From Octopus bimaculoides (taxonomy: Eukaryota), in the NCBI RefSeq assembly GCF_001194135.2, contig NC_068992.1, positions 67,674,648-67,738,647 on the forward strand: DNA of 64,000 nt, read 5' to 3'. A program made the position numbers and the translations under genes. The notes under the pieces are model-generated. The model was not told the DNA's origin. It searched no databases and was given only the letters and a program-made list of their open reading frames with translations. Below are positions 13,620-28,151 of this stretch, one piece after another (position 1 is the first letter of the stretch; each line of letters opens with the position of its first letter).

Positions 13620-14215
13620 ACATATCTCGCTTTCGAACTCAGATGGACGAAAACGATCCTGCAGGGTTTCCGAGATAATTTTATGCAGAGTGATGCATGG
13701 GATAACGATCGAAAGAATAAGGAGACCAGAAATTGGGGCTGGTGAAATCGCAGGCATTTTCAAACAACGAGTCTTTGGAGGCATGGCATGGAGTTGAATC
13801 CTATTTTCATCCTTATGCCCGCACAGTAGCAATATATTTACCACGGTGTTCAGGAGCTTTACATAGCTGACTGAATTGAGCATAAATCCCTGCTCAGAGA
13901 TGTGGGGAGGAATGACATTATCCTCACTGGAAACGATTTCAAAGTTGACGGTTTGAGGTTATTCGGTTTCCATGATACGTGGGACATTACATGGATTGTA
14001 GGGAAGCCGCGTTTTGTTTTGGGTTCTGTGAAACTAGCCCTGGCAGATGTTTTCACCTGCGAAGAACCGGATTATCCCCACCTCACAAGATGTCTGTTTA
14101 ATCAAGAGTTTCTTTGCCTTTCTTGAGTGGTTTCCTTGGTCTTGACTGTTAGGATTTCTCCCTTGCACTGCTTGTACGAGTGGTAGGTATGTTCCTCATT
14201 TAGGCCAGGCTCATG
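13620..14215 (-). mobile_element. decayed DD37D/maT-like transposase fragment
   Basis: Minus translation gives EEHTYHSYKQCKGEILTVKTKET...NVPRIMETE*PQTVNFEIVSSEDNVIPPHISEQGFMLNSVSYVKLLNTVV. This matches maT motifs (YxSYKxxKGQILT; VPRVMxTKFPxxVMV.GVVSSEG.VMPPHIFEQGLRLN). Same family as the 1940 and 55875 relics. Confidence 0.8.
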
Positions 14216-14827
14216 ATGGCGACTCCAACACCCATTATTTTCGCCAAAGCCCGGATATATATATATTTGTATTCGTGTTATGATAGAAAGACAAAACCAG
14301 ATAGACGTTTTTGTACGCGAAGATAACGTGTCATGTTACATTTCTGTGAAATAAAAAGAATTTTTACAATAACCATAATTCCGATAGAACATATCACCGT
14401 TGATGGTATATTCCATGTCCTTTTCTGTCTATATTTATCCAGCCGTGTGAAATATTTTCAAATCTATACGGCCTCGTATTTGCAAGAGGAAATAAGCAAA
14501 TATTTGCATTAAAATATTTCTTTATTAATTACAGAATTAAAACTACATTACTGAATTTCTTGTGAGTAATCTTATAGAATATGATGTCTGTGACTATATA
14601 ATTAAAAGAAATTATGATACACATTAATCCTAACTTTCAGATATATTTGAATATATAATCAATACGTATACTGATATTCTACATTTCATTTCACCGCGAA
14701 TCAAATTTCTTGTAATTTAATTAAAATAACGATGTAAGGACGTATAAGTATTAGATGGACTCAACAGTAACAATAAACGTTTTGTGCCAAACAGCAAGTG
14801 CTTAATTCGGTTTTATTTTCCTTTTAG

Positions 14828-14916
14828 GATGCATCAGGAATAATACACATAATTACCAACAGTAACTTTGACGATTCGGCCAGCGCATTCTCTAATCGTA
14901 CGCTTTTCAAAAACCT
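14828..14916 (+). other. candidate 89-nt exon (strong acceptor and donor)
   Basis: Acceptor ttttattttccttttAG|G (AG at 14826-14827) and donor CT|GTGAGT (GT at 14917). There is no transcript evidence. Confidence 0.3.
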
Positions 14917-17900
14917 GTGAGTATTCAGTTTCTCATTATTTGCTGTGCAAAGGGCTTGGTCTGAGTTCGTATGTTGATAACTGGAATACATTTGCAACTA
15001 AAACAATAGGGAGCAGTGTGAATGAATACGTTTTTATATTGAAGAGATGTGAATAGAATATATTTTTACTTTCTCTGGACTGCAACTGGACCAAAAAAAT
15101 ATTTACAATGGTTGACTGAGAGTAGCCAAAGGATACTATTTAACTCATTAATTTCTTTGGCTGTTGAAAGATATGGAAGCAAGCAAATACCAGAAAATAT
15201 CAGGAGATTGAATTTTGTGCCACAATGCACAGAAACACACACATTTACACAAACACACACATACACACATATAGATAGATTTAGGCATAGATAGACGTGC
15301 ATGTGTTTGTATACATATAAAAATAGACTTATGCATATAGACATCTACGTAGATACATATGTGCGTGAAGGTGTGTCTATTTGTAAATGTTGTGTACAAT
15401 AACGGAGAAAATTTAAATACAGCTTAAAATGTATCGCACATGAAGGGAATACATTATTTTCCTGACAAAACGGTTAGACAGAGAGTTTTCTAAATGTTTC
15501 GGATTTCTGTTATTGAATGAAATCCCGGTTGAAGACCAAGTGAAAATAACTTAGGACAATCGAGTTTTTCGTAAATTCACTTCAGAATGAAATCTGAAAT
15601 ATTGGAAGCAAATTTACAAAGTATTGATATACAATCATGTATACTGAATGCCACAGAGTTAGTGTCAAAAATCAAAATAATTGGTTAGTTTATTGTGCCA
15701 ATGAATATCAAATTTAATTGTTTGAATGTAACCCGTATAATGTATTTTAATACCAAAGATGGACAAAATCATTTCTCATCGGAAACACATACTATATCAC
15801 TATATCAATTCTATAAAAAGAAAATCGAACGAGTAGAACTCTTCTCAACACTCATTTTCCGTTGCAAAAGATGATGTGGCATAATAATCTATAAAATACA
15901 GTGATTTTCATCGTTGTAAACATGTTTAATTTATATAATAGCAATAGAGAAAACTCTACTGACGTCAATAATACTGGGAAACATTTTGGATAAACGCTTT
16001 TTGTTGTCTTGTTATTTTCTTTTTTTTTATTTTTTACCATTAGTCCTACCAAATTTGCTGGTGATGGGTTCAGATATAAACTCAAACATTTTCCGTCAAG
16101 TTAAGTTTGTTTGATAAATTGGAATTCTGGAAACACCCAAGTTTATGGCATTCAAAAACTGGGGCTGTTACATATGGTCCTGCGGACCATCTTACGAGAG
16201 AGAGAGGGTCTGTATAGGCTCTGAGAGCAATGAAATGGTCCTCGCATAAAAATGTAAACTCTGGCATTTATATTTTTAATGGCCTTAGAAAATCACGAAA
16301 ACGAATAATAATCCTTTTTAAACATGCATATGAAAGATCCAAACAAACAGTGAAATAACACTATAAATTCACTTTCATATCACCTTACCACGGCAATTCT
16401 TTCCAGAACATTTATAAGCATAATGGAAACAACTAAAAGAACTTGAAAAATGTCTAAACACAGTAAGCAAAAATCAAATTAAATGTATAGTAAACTAATT
16501 TAAGTAAAACAATATTAATCTGGGAAAAGAAAACGAAAGTATTAGTGGAAAAAAGCATTCAAGAAATGCAGAAATGGAAAGAACTGTGGATTAAATTTGG
16601 AAATGGAAAGAGAAAAGGTTTTAAACGAAATTCGAAATATCGGAAGTTCCAAAAGATCATAAGCTACCTGTACTTGGAATGGCCCCCGAAAATTATATTT
16701 GCTATAATCCAAACATAGATTTATAAATGCTATAATATTCATGCGAAATTTAGGATGGTGGACAGAGATTCTTAAAAAGAGAAAGTAAAGTGAGTTTTAA
16801 AGATAGGTTAGAAAGTATAAAGTGAAGTCTCCCGCAGTGAATGGCTGCTGAAAACATTGAGGCGTGGGATTTCAGCGACTACGATTTATATATTTGCACT
16901 TATACTGGAATTGTACATTCTTGTATTCTTCCCTCCAGTTTAAAATTTACTAAAATTACTACTCAATTTGGATGACACCACACCATACCTTCTCTCTACC
17001 CATCCCTTAATTCAGCTCTATCATATCACCCCTACTCACACATTATTCACTCCTTACTTTCTCATCTCTTCCTATCCCTCTCCCACTTATCTGCCATCCT
17101 CCCCTTACATTATCTTGACCACCAATTAAGCACACCTTTTCTCACTTCTTTCACCCTTCACTTTTTTCTCTTTCTTCTTCTCATTTTCTCTTCTTGCTTT
17201 ATATATTTAGATAGATTTATAGATAGATAGATATATATAGAGAGAGAGACAAACAGACAGGCAGATTCTTTGGATCTTCATCGATTGATTATGTTACTAG
17301 CTAAGTCGTGTGGGCTATTGGAAATATAAATACAGAATGCAAAGAACCAGAATAAGTACCACAAAACACCAGGTCTGACTTTTAAGCCGTTTCATGATAT
17401 ACTGTCAATCGATCACCTGGGATTAATGATACGTTATGCAGTTCGTGATGAGATGGCTTTTTTGAACTTGGGGATTTGGAAGGAATACAGTGAGGCATTT
17501 TATCTGACGCTGTGAAGATTTTACCAATTCGTTGAAAATATTCAGATATATTATGTGTATAAACTTATATGGGTGTGTGTCTGTGTGTATAGGGGTGCCT
17601 GTGTGTGTGTGAGTGAGTGTGTGTGTGTACATAGGGGATTTGTTAATGGGGAAACAATGGCCTTAACATTTCGGTGTGTAGTCATTCGCCAAAGGAAAAG
17701 ACACGGACAGCGCATTAAAAGAACTGTGTGAGAAAGATACTCGAGGAAAATAAAGGTTAGAAACCGGTGGTATTCTGTGATATGGGAAAGAGAGCAGAAA
17801 CGAAGCAGGGTTTGGTGGTGGCGGTGTAGATGTATATGTGTGTGTGTGTGTGTGTGTGTGCGTGTGTGCGTGTATTACAATATCTGTGTCTGAAGACGGG

Positions 17901-18511
17901 ATGAGCAGAATGGCGTAAGCTTATGTGTTATTGTGGCATACGGGCATCGATTTTCAAGTATAGAAATAGGTTGAAGAGTATTTATTTGTGTGTGGGTATG
18001 TGTGTGTTTGCGTGTAATTGTTGCGTGGAATAGTAAGAGCAATTTCATATATATATATATATATGTATATATATATGAATATAACCCTTTGGTGTGTATC
18101 ACTGCTTGTGCAAGTGCGTGAGAACAGCTACGGAGTCAGAACAATTGTTCTGTAGGTCACAGCTGTCGTGTATAAATGTTTCAGTCTATGATATTTAAGA
18201 GAGTATTCATGAAGCCAGAGTTGATGACATTTGCGTCAGTAGAACTAAACCACTGTTTTCTCTAGATGCCTGATATCTATATTCGTCGACATATGCAAAT
18301 ATTTCCTAAACCAGAAATATATTAATCGGAAAAACGGAGAGTTTGAAGTATAATTGATACAAAGTATGAGAATCATTTTTCTAGATTCGAAGGCTGATAT
18401 CAGAATTAAATTCTATCTGACAAGATATATCACATTTTGTCGAGGGTTGGCAGATTTCCTTGCAACGATCAATTATGTGTAAGTAAAATGTGTAGAATAG
18501 AACTTATATAT

Positions 18512-18611
18512 NNNNNNNNNNNNNNNNNNNNNNNNNNNNNNNNNNNNNNNNNNNNNNNNNNNNNNNNNNNNNNNNNNNNNNNNNNNNNNNNNNNNNNNNN
18601 NNNNNNNNNNN
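18512..18611. other. assembly gap (100 N) within (TA)n
   Basis: Run of N. Confidence 0.99.
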
Positions 18612-19149
18612 TATATATGTATGTATATGTATATATATATATATGTATGTATATGTATAAAATACTATTATCATTAAGCATATGTAATACATTATTATTA
18701 TGTATAGAATTGTATAAATCGAGGCTATTTAAAATAATACACAAAAACCGTTAGATTTACTTCAACATTTAAATTTGACTTGTCAAAATACGTTCATCGC
18801 TTTGTGACCGCAACCTGTTCACTGACAAAATTCTGTGCTGCATTTGAGAAAGTAACAGTTAGTTCATGATATACAAGTACACACAATCATTTAGACACTT
18901 ACACACACACATATATACGTATAATCTTAAATTATGCAAACATATACGTTTATCCCTCACTACAAGCGTATACGCTAGTTTATCCCCACGTTTATAAACG
19001 ATATCTAAATGTCATGAACATTGTAATTTTCATTTAGGACTCCGCCAATTGTTTTGCGTACGCACACATAATTACATGCGCACGCGTATACACACAGACA
19101 AATAAGCGCACAAACAAGTACACACACATTTATTTTTGATCGTATACCC

Positions 19150-19305
19150 GTTTCAGCCGTAAGATTGTAGCCATAGTGGGGTTATTTGAATGAATCGACC
19201 TCAGGATTTATTTTTAAAGCCTGGCACTTCTTTTGTCAATCTCTTTTGTCGATGTGCTAGGTCACAGGGAAGTAACCCAACCAATGCAGATTGTCCAGCG
19301 GGATG
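19150..19305 (-). mobile_element. SINE 3' half (same family as 604..965)
   Basis: Reverse complement reads 'ttccctgtgacctagcacatcgacaaaagagattgacaaaagaagtgccaggctttaaaaataaatcctgaggtcgattcattc...gctgaaacggg', which is homologous to 830-950. Confidence 0.7.
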
Positions 19306-22191
19306 CACACACAAACACACACACACACACAGACACACAGACACACACACACGCACACACACACATATTACGGTAACCCTGTTGTGTGCTAATCATTTCA
19401 ACAGCAAGATCTAAGGTATGAATTTCAGTAATAGAGATATGAGATTATTTGTATTTAGAATACCAGAGATAAATTAGGCGTTAATGAATTTGGAATTTAC
19501 AGAGATGATAATTCTTTTCAGTTTGTGTGTGTGCGCGTGCGTGCATGTGTATGTGTATGTACCGCATTCTATTTAATTACATTTTAAATCCAATGCTATT
19601 TGTATTGTATTTAGGCACCCACAGAATATTTATAAACAGCTACATTCTCATAGTTACAACTAGAATTATACACAAATTCACTTTAAAATGAAACATTATT
19701 AGTTGTCGAGATAAAAATACCAACCCAGTCCCTATAAGGCAGTATGGTTTTAGAATGAAGTTTGCAAAATCTATGCTGGTGCATCCTATAGTGAGTTCAA
19801 TAATTTCATTATACTAATGCATTATTGAATTGTTTTAAAAATAGCATATATCCTGTTTTCTAATTCAATTAACAAAACAGACGTTCAGTAAACATGCTTT
19901 TAACTTAATCAAGATAATGAAAAAATGTAGAATAAACCGTATACCAAGGCAAAATCATTGGTGACAAAAATACTATCCTTTGCATTTAACGTTTAGAACG
20001 GTTTATGTCCGAAAACTATAGTGTTTTTACAGCTCACCTGTATTCCACTGTCACAATGTCTCAGTTGTAGTATATGTAAGTGCAAATAAAATAATCGAAG
20101 ATTCATCAACTCTACTGTACGAAATTTCTCAGCATATTTATTATTAAAAAATATTGAAATGTGATTGATGTGATCAAAACGAAACTTGGAGACTATCCAA
20201 CAACATGAATGAATAATATATATATATATATATATTAATTAAATAGTTTGTTACTATACATATCCATTATATATCTAGCATGTCAAAATCTGATTATGTT
20301 TTGAAGTGTAGTTCTGATGGGGGCATCGTTTTCACAAATTTAATCGATCATAGCAAACCTCCTTCAGTTTCAAGTAGTTATTCCATACAAACTCACAGAT
20401 TAACGGCAAATCAATTATCAGGCGCGGATAACTAACTGAGAATGATTTAAAGATCACAGGATAGGGTCGTTCTCTGTTCTACTTCCATAGATATGTACTG
20501 AAAGGCAGACGCAAATACACAAGCATGCACGTACACACATAAATGCAAGTATTTACTTATGAATTATATAGGAAAATATTATGCTCTGAATAATACTAAA
20601 CGTATACAGCCATATCAATTTCATAAAGCTATAATGCTTTCAGCAATGTTAACTTGAAGACAGTCGTTTCTTTTATGAGCGTCATTCTAAAAGCTTTTTC
20701 CTAAGTACTCAGGACCGTCTGCTGAACGTTTCCAAATTGTTATTCTTCGCTACTCTTGCTTTACTTTCTAAAGTCTGCAATGTCCCTGATTTCAGTAGGT
20801 GTCGAAACAACAACAGGAGGGCATCTAGAATATTAAAATCTAGCCAACATACTTGGAACTAAATTCAAAATTTAGAAAGCATGCTTGAAGAGAAATTCAG
20901 ACGCTATCCTGTTACAAATATACTCCGGTGGAATGTTTTCAATTGGGGACATGGAGAATTTTGTTCTTTTTTCTAAACATGTAACGAATTTAATTAACAT
21001 TGTACACATATATCAGTCTGCCAGTCCGTTTCTCTCCCCACCTCCCTCTCTTTCTCTGTCTTTCTCACACACACACACACACATATATACATATATATAA
21101 ACAATACACAAACACACACATTCACGCACGTACAAACAATGCACGAATGTGTGTGTGTGTGTGTATAATAGACTACATATGCTGCGTAATCTCACAATTA
21201 CGATAATGAAAATAAACATAGTACCATCTATGAGATATTTAAACATAAATAAAAAAGTAAAATCTAATAGGGCCATCTTTTTTTTTCTACTTACGGATAA
21301 GATATGCTTTTTGATGTTTTGTTTTGGTAATAAAAGAAATTTTATAATGAAATAGATGCGAAACAGATAATGTCTTGCTATTTCCTATCACCATCAACTA
21401 TCACGAATCTGTTCCTATACAAGCAGCGACTTAGAAACACATAACACACAAACGCACACACATTGCTACAACTCAATACAGTGTGTTCTGAGAATTGTGT
21501 TTACGGTGCTATTATACAACTTTAAATCGTTGATACCATACAAAAGATAAACTACGCTATTTTAGTGGACATCATACAGATCTCGATGTCGGCAAGAATC
21601 CAATTGGCGCGAGTTGATGCAGAAAATACGGTGCGTAAAACACAATATAAATTTTACGTGATATTCATTTCTCAACACACTTAGAAAGACAAAATATTTA
21701 TGTATATATCACCTGGATAATATATCTGACAATTGCGAGACAGTAAATTTTATAAATTCTTAGCCTTTCACACACCACCTGCTTTCTTGTGATCCTTTTG
21801 AAATTACATTGCAATATTATACGCGCCTGTGTCTACGAGTGTGTACATACATATATAATGTTACTCTTCAAAACGAAAAAGAGCTATAAATTATAGGCTG
21901 CATTGTATTGGATTAGTCTCCTTGGATAGAAAATCCTGCACCACACAAACTCCAAATATTCTATCAACATGACACACCCGCAAACTAATTGTACAAAAGT
22001 TTCTCTTCGTTCAAGAAGACGTTCTAATCTCTCACAGAAGTTAAATTTAATTAGAAGCAACTCGGAAGCGTCAAGAAATGTGTAAATAAGTCATTTAATG
22101 ATATATTTCAAATCAAAAGAGGTATTGATACACACACATTCATATACGTATTGATATAGATCCATATATATGTGTGTTTACATATAAGTAC

Positions 22192-22234
<43 letters not shown>

Positions 22235-22479
22235 ATATTAATAATTACGTATCGAGAGATATTACATGCGTTGATTGTGTTAACACGAAAATTCTTTTTG
22301 TTTTTGATTTAAATAATCGTAAAAAACTTTTCTTGTAGCCGTTAATGGTGCACTTCATTGAGATCACATCGATACCTAAGTATCTTCAGGCAATTTCCAG
22401 GATGTTTGGAACATTATTGACCGTTAAATCGATATGTTGAAATGTAGCGTTACCGATACTTATCAGAAAACACTTGTTT

Positions 22480-22870
22480 TGTTCTAAGAACTTTGCATGT
22501 ACAAGAAATTGCAACAGCACCTGTTTGTAAGAAATTAGCCGAAATATCAGCAGCCACGCACCCTTATCTGCTCCCTGCACTGATGCAAAATCCATATAGA
22601 TATAACAATATAGATATAACATATAGATATAACATATAGATATAACAATATTCGTCGAGGTGCATTCCATAAGTTTGATATAGGAACCCGTATTCCATGT
22701 AATGGTCATATCTTCCAACAGTGTCCAGATGTGTTTACTATATTCAATATAGTGAATACAAATAGGTGAAACACAATGATAAACATCAGTGATTGCATAT
22801 ATACGCATTTTTATACAGCGGTAAACCTTCGTATATCTGCATTCCCTCAATACATAAGAAATACAAACAT
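22480..22870 (-). mobile_element. possible decayed PLE GIY-YIG endonuclease region
   Basis: Minus frames give IYEGLPLYKNAYICNH, then YSKHIWTLLEDMTITWN, then VHAKFLEQN. These resemble PLE motifs YIGxT..FKxRYxNH, LSKxIWxLK..IxW and CRHxxKFLL in the correct order. Similarity is weak. Confidence 0.4.
22594..22650. repeat. minisatellite, ~4 copies of 13-14 bp ATATAGATATAAC(A)
   Basis: Directly visible. Confidence 0.9.
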
Positions 22871-25800
22871 CATTGCATACATTGCATTCATATGCCGAAG
22901 TCTTTAAGTGTGCGTGCATATGAATGTAGCATTGCATAAGGTGGTTGTAGGAATATAAAATGCATCGCAACTCCCGCTTTTATGTCTTCCGGCCATCAGC
23001 CTAAATAAACTTAGCTATATATTTGCACATTATACAAGCATATGCGCGCAAACGCAATGAAATAAATATATATATATATTTATAAGACATAATGTATAGT
23101 ATAAAGTAAAAAGATGTGCAGAAACACATATATACATGCACACACATACACACACATACATATATTTCTTATTCCCATGATATTAAAAGAATGGCTGTGG
23201 TTCGTTCGATGATGGCTTTCGATGGTAAAATCTATTACAAAACCAGTCTGCAAACACTATAATGTGAATGAGCAAATATATGCGCTCTGCTACATGTTAT
23301 AGTGTTCTTTACCATTCAACGGCAGTTTTTCTTGTTATTGAAAGGTAGGAAATTTTATCTTGTGGTGATGAAAAAAATGACTTTTTTTTTTTCGGGAAAT
23401 GGAAAACCCATTACGTACGAAATTATTTTCGTAAGCTGAAATTTCTCAAATAGTGACGGAAGGAGACGAAAAACTTTCGAAAGTTCAAACGTAACTCCAA
23501 AACCACTGCGCGCTTTTGGGAATCTATTAAGTTTCGACGAAGCAGGGAAGACAGGTTCTGAGTTCATTAATAGTAAGCAATGTATCATCTATTATGGAGT
23601 AATTCAACCTATGAAATATTATCATATATTAAATCTTAGATTTCTTTGCTTACTGAATCGAAAAATGTATTTTTGAATCAATTCATAAATATGCTACAAA
23701 ATTTAAAGCAAATATGTTTTTCTTTTCTAAATATATTTCCGGGATTCATTTCACAATAGCCACTAACATTTTTCTTAGTGTCAAACAACATGGGTTCGAA
23801 CGTGAAAAGTACTAGTATAAATGCTATTTTAATGCATTTGCAATCTGATAGAGATATAAAGTGTTATGCCTGTTTGTTCTGGAGATGTCTCGTGTCTATT
23901 CTGGCTGTGAAAGCATTGAAGCTTTGAAACAACAGTAGCTCATTTTCACGCTGTTTTAAAACAAATATTTTATTATATATATATTGTAAATAGTTAGATG
24001 CTTAAGTATTTCATAACCATTTAAAGGAATCCTTGCACCGTTCAACGCATATTTGAACTATGATTCGGATTATACGGCATAATATTTCACTTGTATTTTA
24101 TGGCATGATGGCTGCTACTGTTCTTCATTAGCCATTGAATCCTCTGTTTTTAAGCAGGGTAGTAATAATAATAATAAAATTCAAATTTCACCTCAGAAAA
24201 TGATGGGTAATAAAAATTTCCCAACTCAATAACTATATTTTTTAGAATGATCTTAATATGCTAATATTTATATTTATCCTTGATACACGGATATTAACTA
24301 TCAACGCCTATACCGTATGTTCTATCTAAGAAGAAATTACTTACATTTTAAATCATATCTCGTGTGGACGCTCATTCCAAATTAATTAATATCTTGCTTC
24401 CTTGCACTATTCTTTGGATGGTTTGTCATTTTTTGCAAGATCAATATGCCTCCATTGGCATTACATTCCGTTATTCTGCTTAAAGCTCTTTTAATGTTCC
24501 TTTCATCCATCGACGAGGCCATGGCGTACCGTTGAACGAATAAATTTAGAGATGTTTGGGAAGATTTCTTTTGGATGCAGCTTCAGTAATTCAGAAATGA
24601 GAAACTTATACTTTCAATTTCAGATAGCTTAGATTCTAAATAAACGACTTAAGTGCAAAGAAGCGCTCACATACACAAATTGGTATATATAATTTTAAAA
24701 CTACTCTCCTATAATTAATATTATTAGCAATAACATTAAGGTATATAAAGTTATTTCAGCATTGCATCGCGGAATACAATATGTTTGTTACATTAAGCGT
24801 TTATTATGCTAAGATGTTCAATTGTGATACCATACAGCTTGATTTGCATATCAACATATACGTCGGATATTATGTTAAGCAATCACTAACGCACAATAAA
24901 TCTCGGTAACATTTTCTTATAATGCAATTGCAAATATTCTTTCACTACCATCATAAATTGACAAACAAACATCCAATGATGTGGTTCTTCTTTAAATTGT
25001 CAAAGGTAATCTTTTCAAGCTACCTAACAGCAGAATTCTGAGTAAAATATAATATTGCAATACTATTATTTTATATGTTATTACTGAATGAAACATATCG
25101 CATTTGTTTATGCTTATTTCACACATGTCCTGTGAATACTTCATTGAAATCCATTATAACACTACGAACAATTAATAAAATAGATTATAGGCGGATAGGG
25201 TGTAACAGAATGGACTAAATACCAGAAAATGCTTAATAGAGAACTATAAAATTAGACCTATGCCAACCATTGTAGTTATTTTTATCGAGTAACTCGTCAC
25301 CTTAATCATTATCGATATAGAAATATAGAGAGTTCAATGCCGTGGCTTGGTTTTATTTATTGCAAGTCATGTTACTTCCCTTCAACTGTCGTTCAGTGCT
25401 GCATATTTGAATAAATGAGCATTTCTCTTTCGGCACTCTGCATGGTTTATATGGACAGAGGATTTGTTTGTGTGTAAATCGCTGTATAGATATGTACCTA
25501 TGTATGTGTTCGCTTGTTTGTATATGCTTCTGTGTAAACGTTTGTTGTTATCTCTCCTTGAATGGTTTTCGTTTCCTTCAAGAACTTGATACAAGAACCT
25601 AAATTCATAACGTTCAGGAACTGGAGGACTATTAAAAGGACGGCGAATACAACGATATCTTTGTCTTGTATTTTACGTTTATTCATTGACGTAAGATCTT
25701 TTTTTTAAACAGACTTTGATGCAAATGATGGCTAGTTTCTGCACAAATAGACGTGTTTTTAACAACATTCTTGACATCGCGAAAGGAAGTTATAATAGAA

Positions 25801-27413
25801 AAATGTCATATTTAGTTATTTAGCTTTCTGTGAGCTTAATAAAAATATTCTTCAGGCACCAACATATGTTGACATTTCGAAGTAAAAGTGAGTATATATT
25901 ACCGAGAGAAGCCTATCGGAAGTTCGAGTTTAATCCGGATATGTTCAATTTTTTTTTCTTATAAATTGCGCATATCAGCAAACATTTATAAGAATTGTAA
26001 ATGCGCGCTGATAAGGATTTTACACTTAATACTGTTCCATAAATAATTAGAAGCATAATTATATAACTATCTGATTATTATTTAGCATTATAATTATCAA
26101 GCATCACACAAAACTTGTTTTCCATTGATGTACAATAAACCATACAATGTTACACTCGATTGAGTGTAACATTGTATGGTTTATTGTACTTAATCTCAAA
26201 GGTTACGGGAATTATACTCCATCTTTGAACATAACGTACCACTTATTTTTCCTATTAATTCTGATACTAATTAACAACATGTATGCAAGCTGTTATCTCG
26301 TTTATTCCGTTTCGTCCACTTGGGTTGTATATTTATTTAAGCTATTCCAAAATATCCATAGGACGCCCACTTATTAACAAACGAACGCATCCGTTTACCT
26401 TTTAAACATTCTCTATATTACCTTGTTATATGCAATATAATCAATCTGCAATTAAAAGCATCTTCATAGGATAAGCTTATTAATATATAATGTTTGATGT
26501 TCTACTATAATTCAATAGTTCAAATGGAATCATTTATTCCTTTAACGTATATACTAATATTTAATATAACTCTACCTTTAATATGACTTTAACTATTTGA
26601 AGGTATATATTACTGAGGAATAAGTTGTACATGAAACGCAATTTATTACTGAGAATCCATCCTGCATGCATTCGTTTTACCTAGCTTCTTAAATACCACG
26701 TGCCCTCCCCCGGTTATTGATTCTTTTCATTTGTATTGCCATTTCAGGATGTCTCCGTTATAATACTCTTCAAAAAAGTCATTCTTTGAAGATTCCTCGA
26801 GTATTTGTACAAGGTTACACACTTTAACAACGCAAGTATTCCATTTCTTATTCTATTCATCTTAGTCATACGTGATAAGAATGATTCTCTGCCTTCCTTC
26901 TGTCATGTTATATTGTTTTGCAAATGATTGCCGTGCATCAGGCGTTGTCTTTAATCATGTCTCGACTCAGTGTAACATTTTAAGAAAGAACATTTATATG
27001 TGTGTGTGTGTGTGTGTAAGTGTAGGTTTTTTGTTATATATGTGTATGTAGGCATCTAGAAGTGCATAATTGTTATGCAGGAGAGTACTTTTATTTTCAG
27101 TCGTATATAAAAATTGTAATACATTATATATGCGTTCTTATAACCATGTTTATGTGTGTATATATATTTTCATTATGAGTGTGTATCTTTATCTTCGTTG
27201 TGTGACGGTGTGTAGATTCTTCGATTCTGTCTTACGATGTTTCTTTCCCTATCCTTATTTCTCTCCCTTCTTTTCTTCACTACTCATTATTTAACGGAAA
27301 ATGTTTGAAATTTGTTGATTGACAAGTCGTTCTCCAAAAGAACTGTCTTCGTTAAGTGCACTCACGTATCTTTACAACAAATTAATGAGAAACAGAAAAA
27401 CATATATGCCAGA

Positions 27414-27414
<1 letters not shown>

Positions 27415-27463
<49 letters not shown>

Positions 27464-27478
27464 GCGCGTGTGTGTGCA
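27415..27478. repeat. (TG)n microsatellite
   Basis: Directly visible. Confidence 0.95.
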
Positions 27479-27989
27479 TCTATCAGAAATTGAGTAAATT
27501 CTTGTGTTTAACACAACAACTTACTAATAACTGACGAAAATTCACAGCACGAATTTTCATGAGTATCGTTTACACAAAAATCTTAGCTGACGAGAAATGT
27601 TTTAGTAACGTAAACTCAGCTGCAACTATCTGTGATATTTATGTAGTTTTAGTCAATAATGAAACCATAAACATATGTAATATGACTTGGTAACACATGG
27701 GAAATGGAAATGACAGTGATCCACATTGATTAGGAAAGTTTTCATCCATTATAATTATAACATAAATATGCTATTCCTCATTCGAAGAGGTGGAATGTGC
27801 AATATTTTACATTCGTACATATGCATCTTGGAATATACCTGTATACATTTGCAGATTAGGAGATTCTTATATTTTGATTATTTTTCCATCATTGCTTTTC
27901 AAATTTTCTCCTTGAAATAATCGTAGACGGATATATTTTGTTTCTAATAATTAAAGTGTGATACTGCCTTGAAGTAAGCAGAATTAATA

Positions 27990-28151
27990 TTTCCCAATAC
28001 TTGAATATTACATAATGTTTCCTAATACTTGAATATTACATAATGTTTCCTAATACTTGAATATTACATAATGTTTCCTAATACTTGAATATTACATAAT
28101 GTTTCCTAATACTTGAGAATTACATAATAGTTCCTAATACTTGAATATTAC
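27990..28151. repeat. 28-bp minisatellite, ~5.8 copies
   Basis: Unit TTTCCTAATACTTGAATATTACATAATG starts at 27990, 28018, 28046, 28074, 28102 and 28130 (partial), head to tail with no spacers. Confidence 0.97.

Noticed and set aside
16090-16267. Short motifs WKHPSLW (+, MADF-like) and FLCEDHF (-, THAP-like)
   Set aside because: Isolated 6-7 residue matches with no supporting flanking residues, compatible with chance.
27990-28151. 28-bp repeat array resembling CRISPR repeat length
   Set aside because: Units are head to tail with no spacers, there are no cas genes, and the context is eukaryotic.
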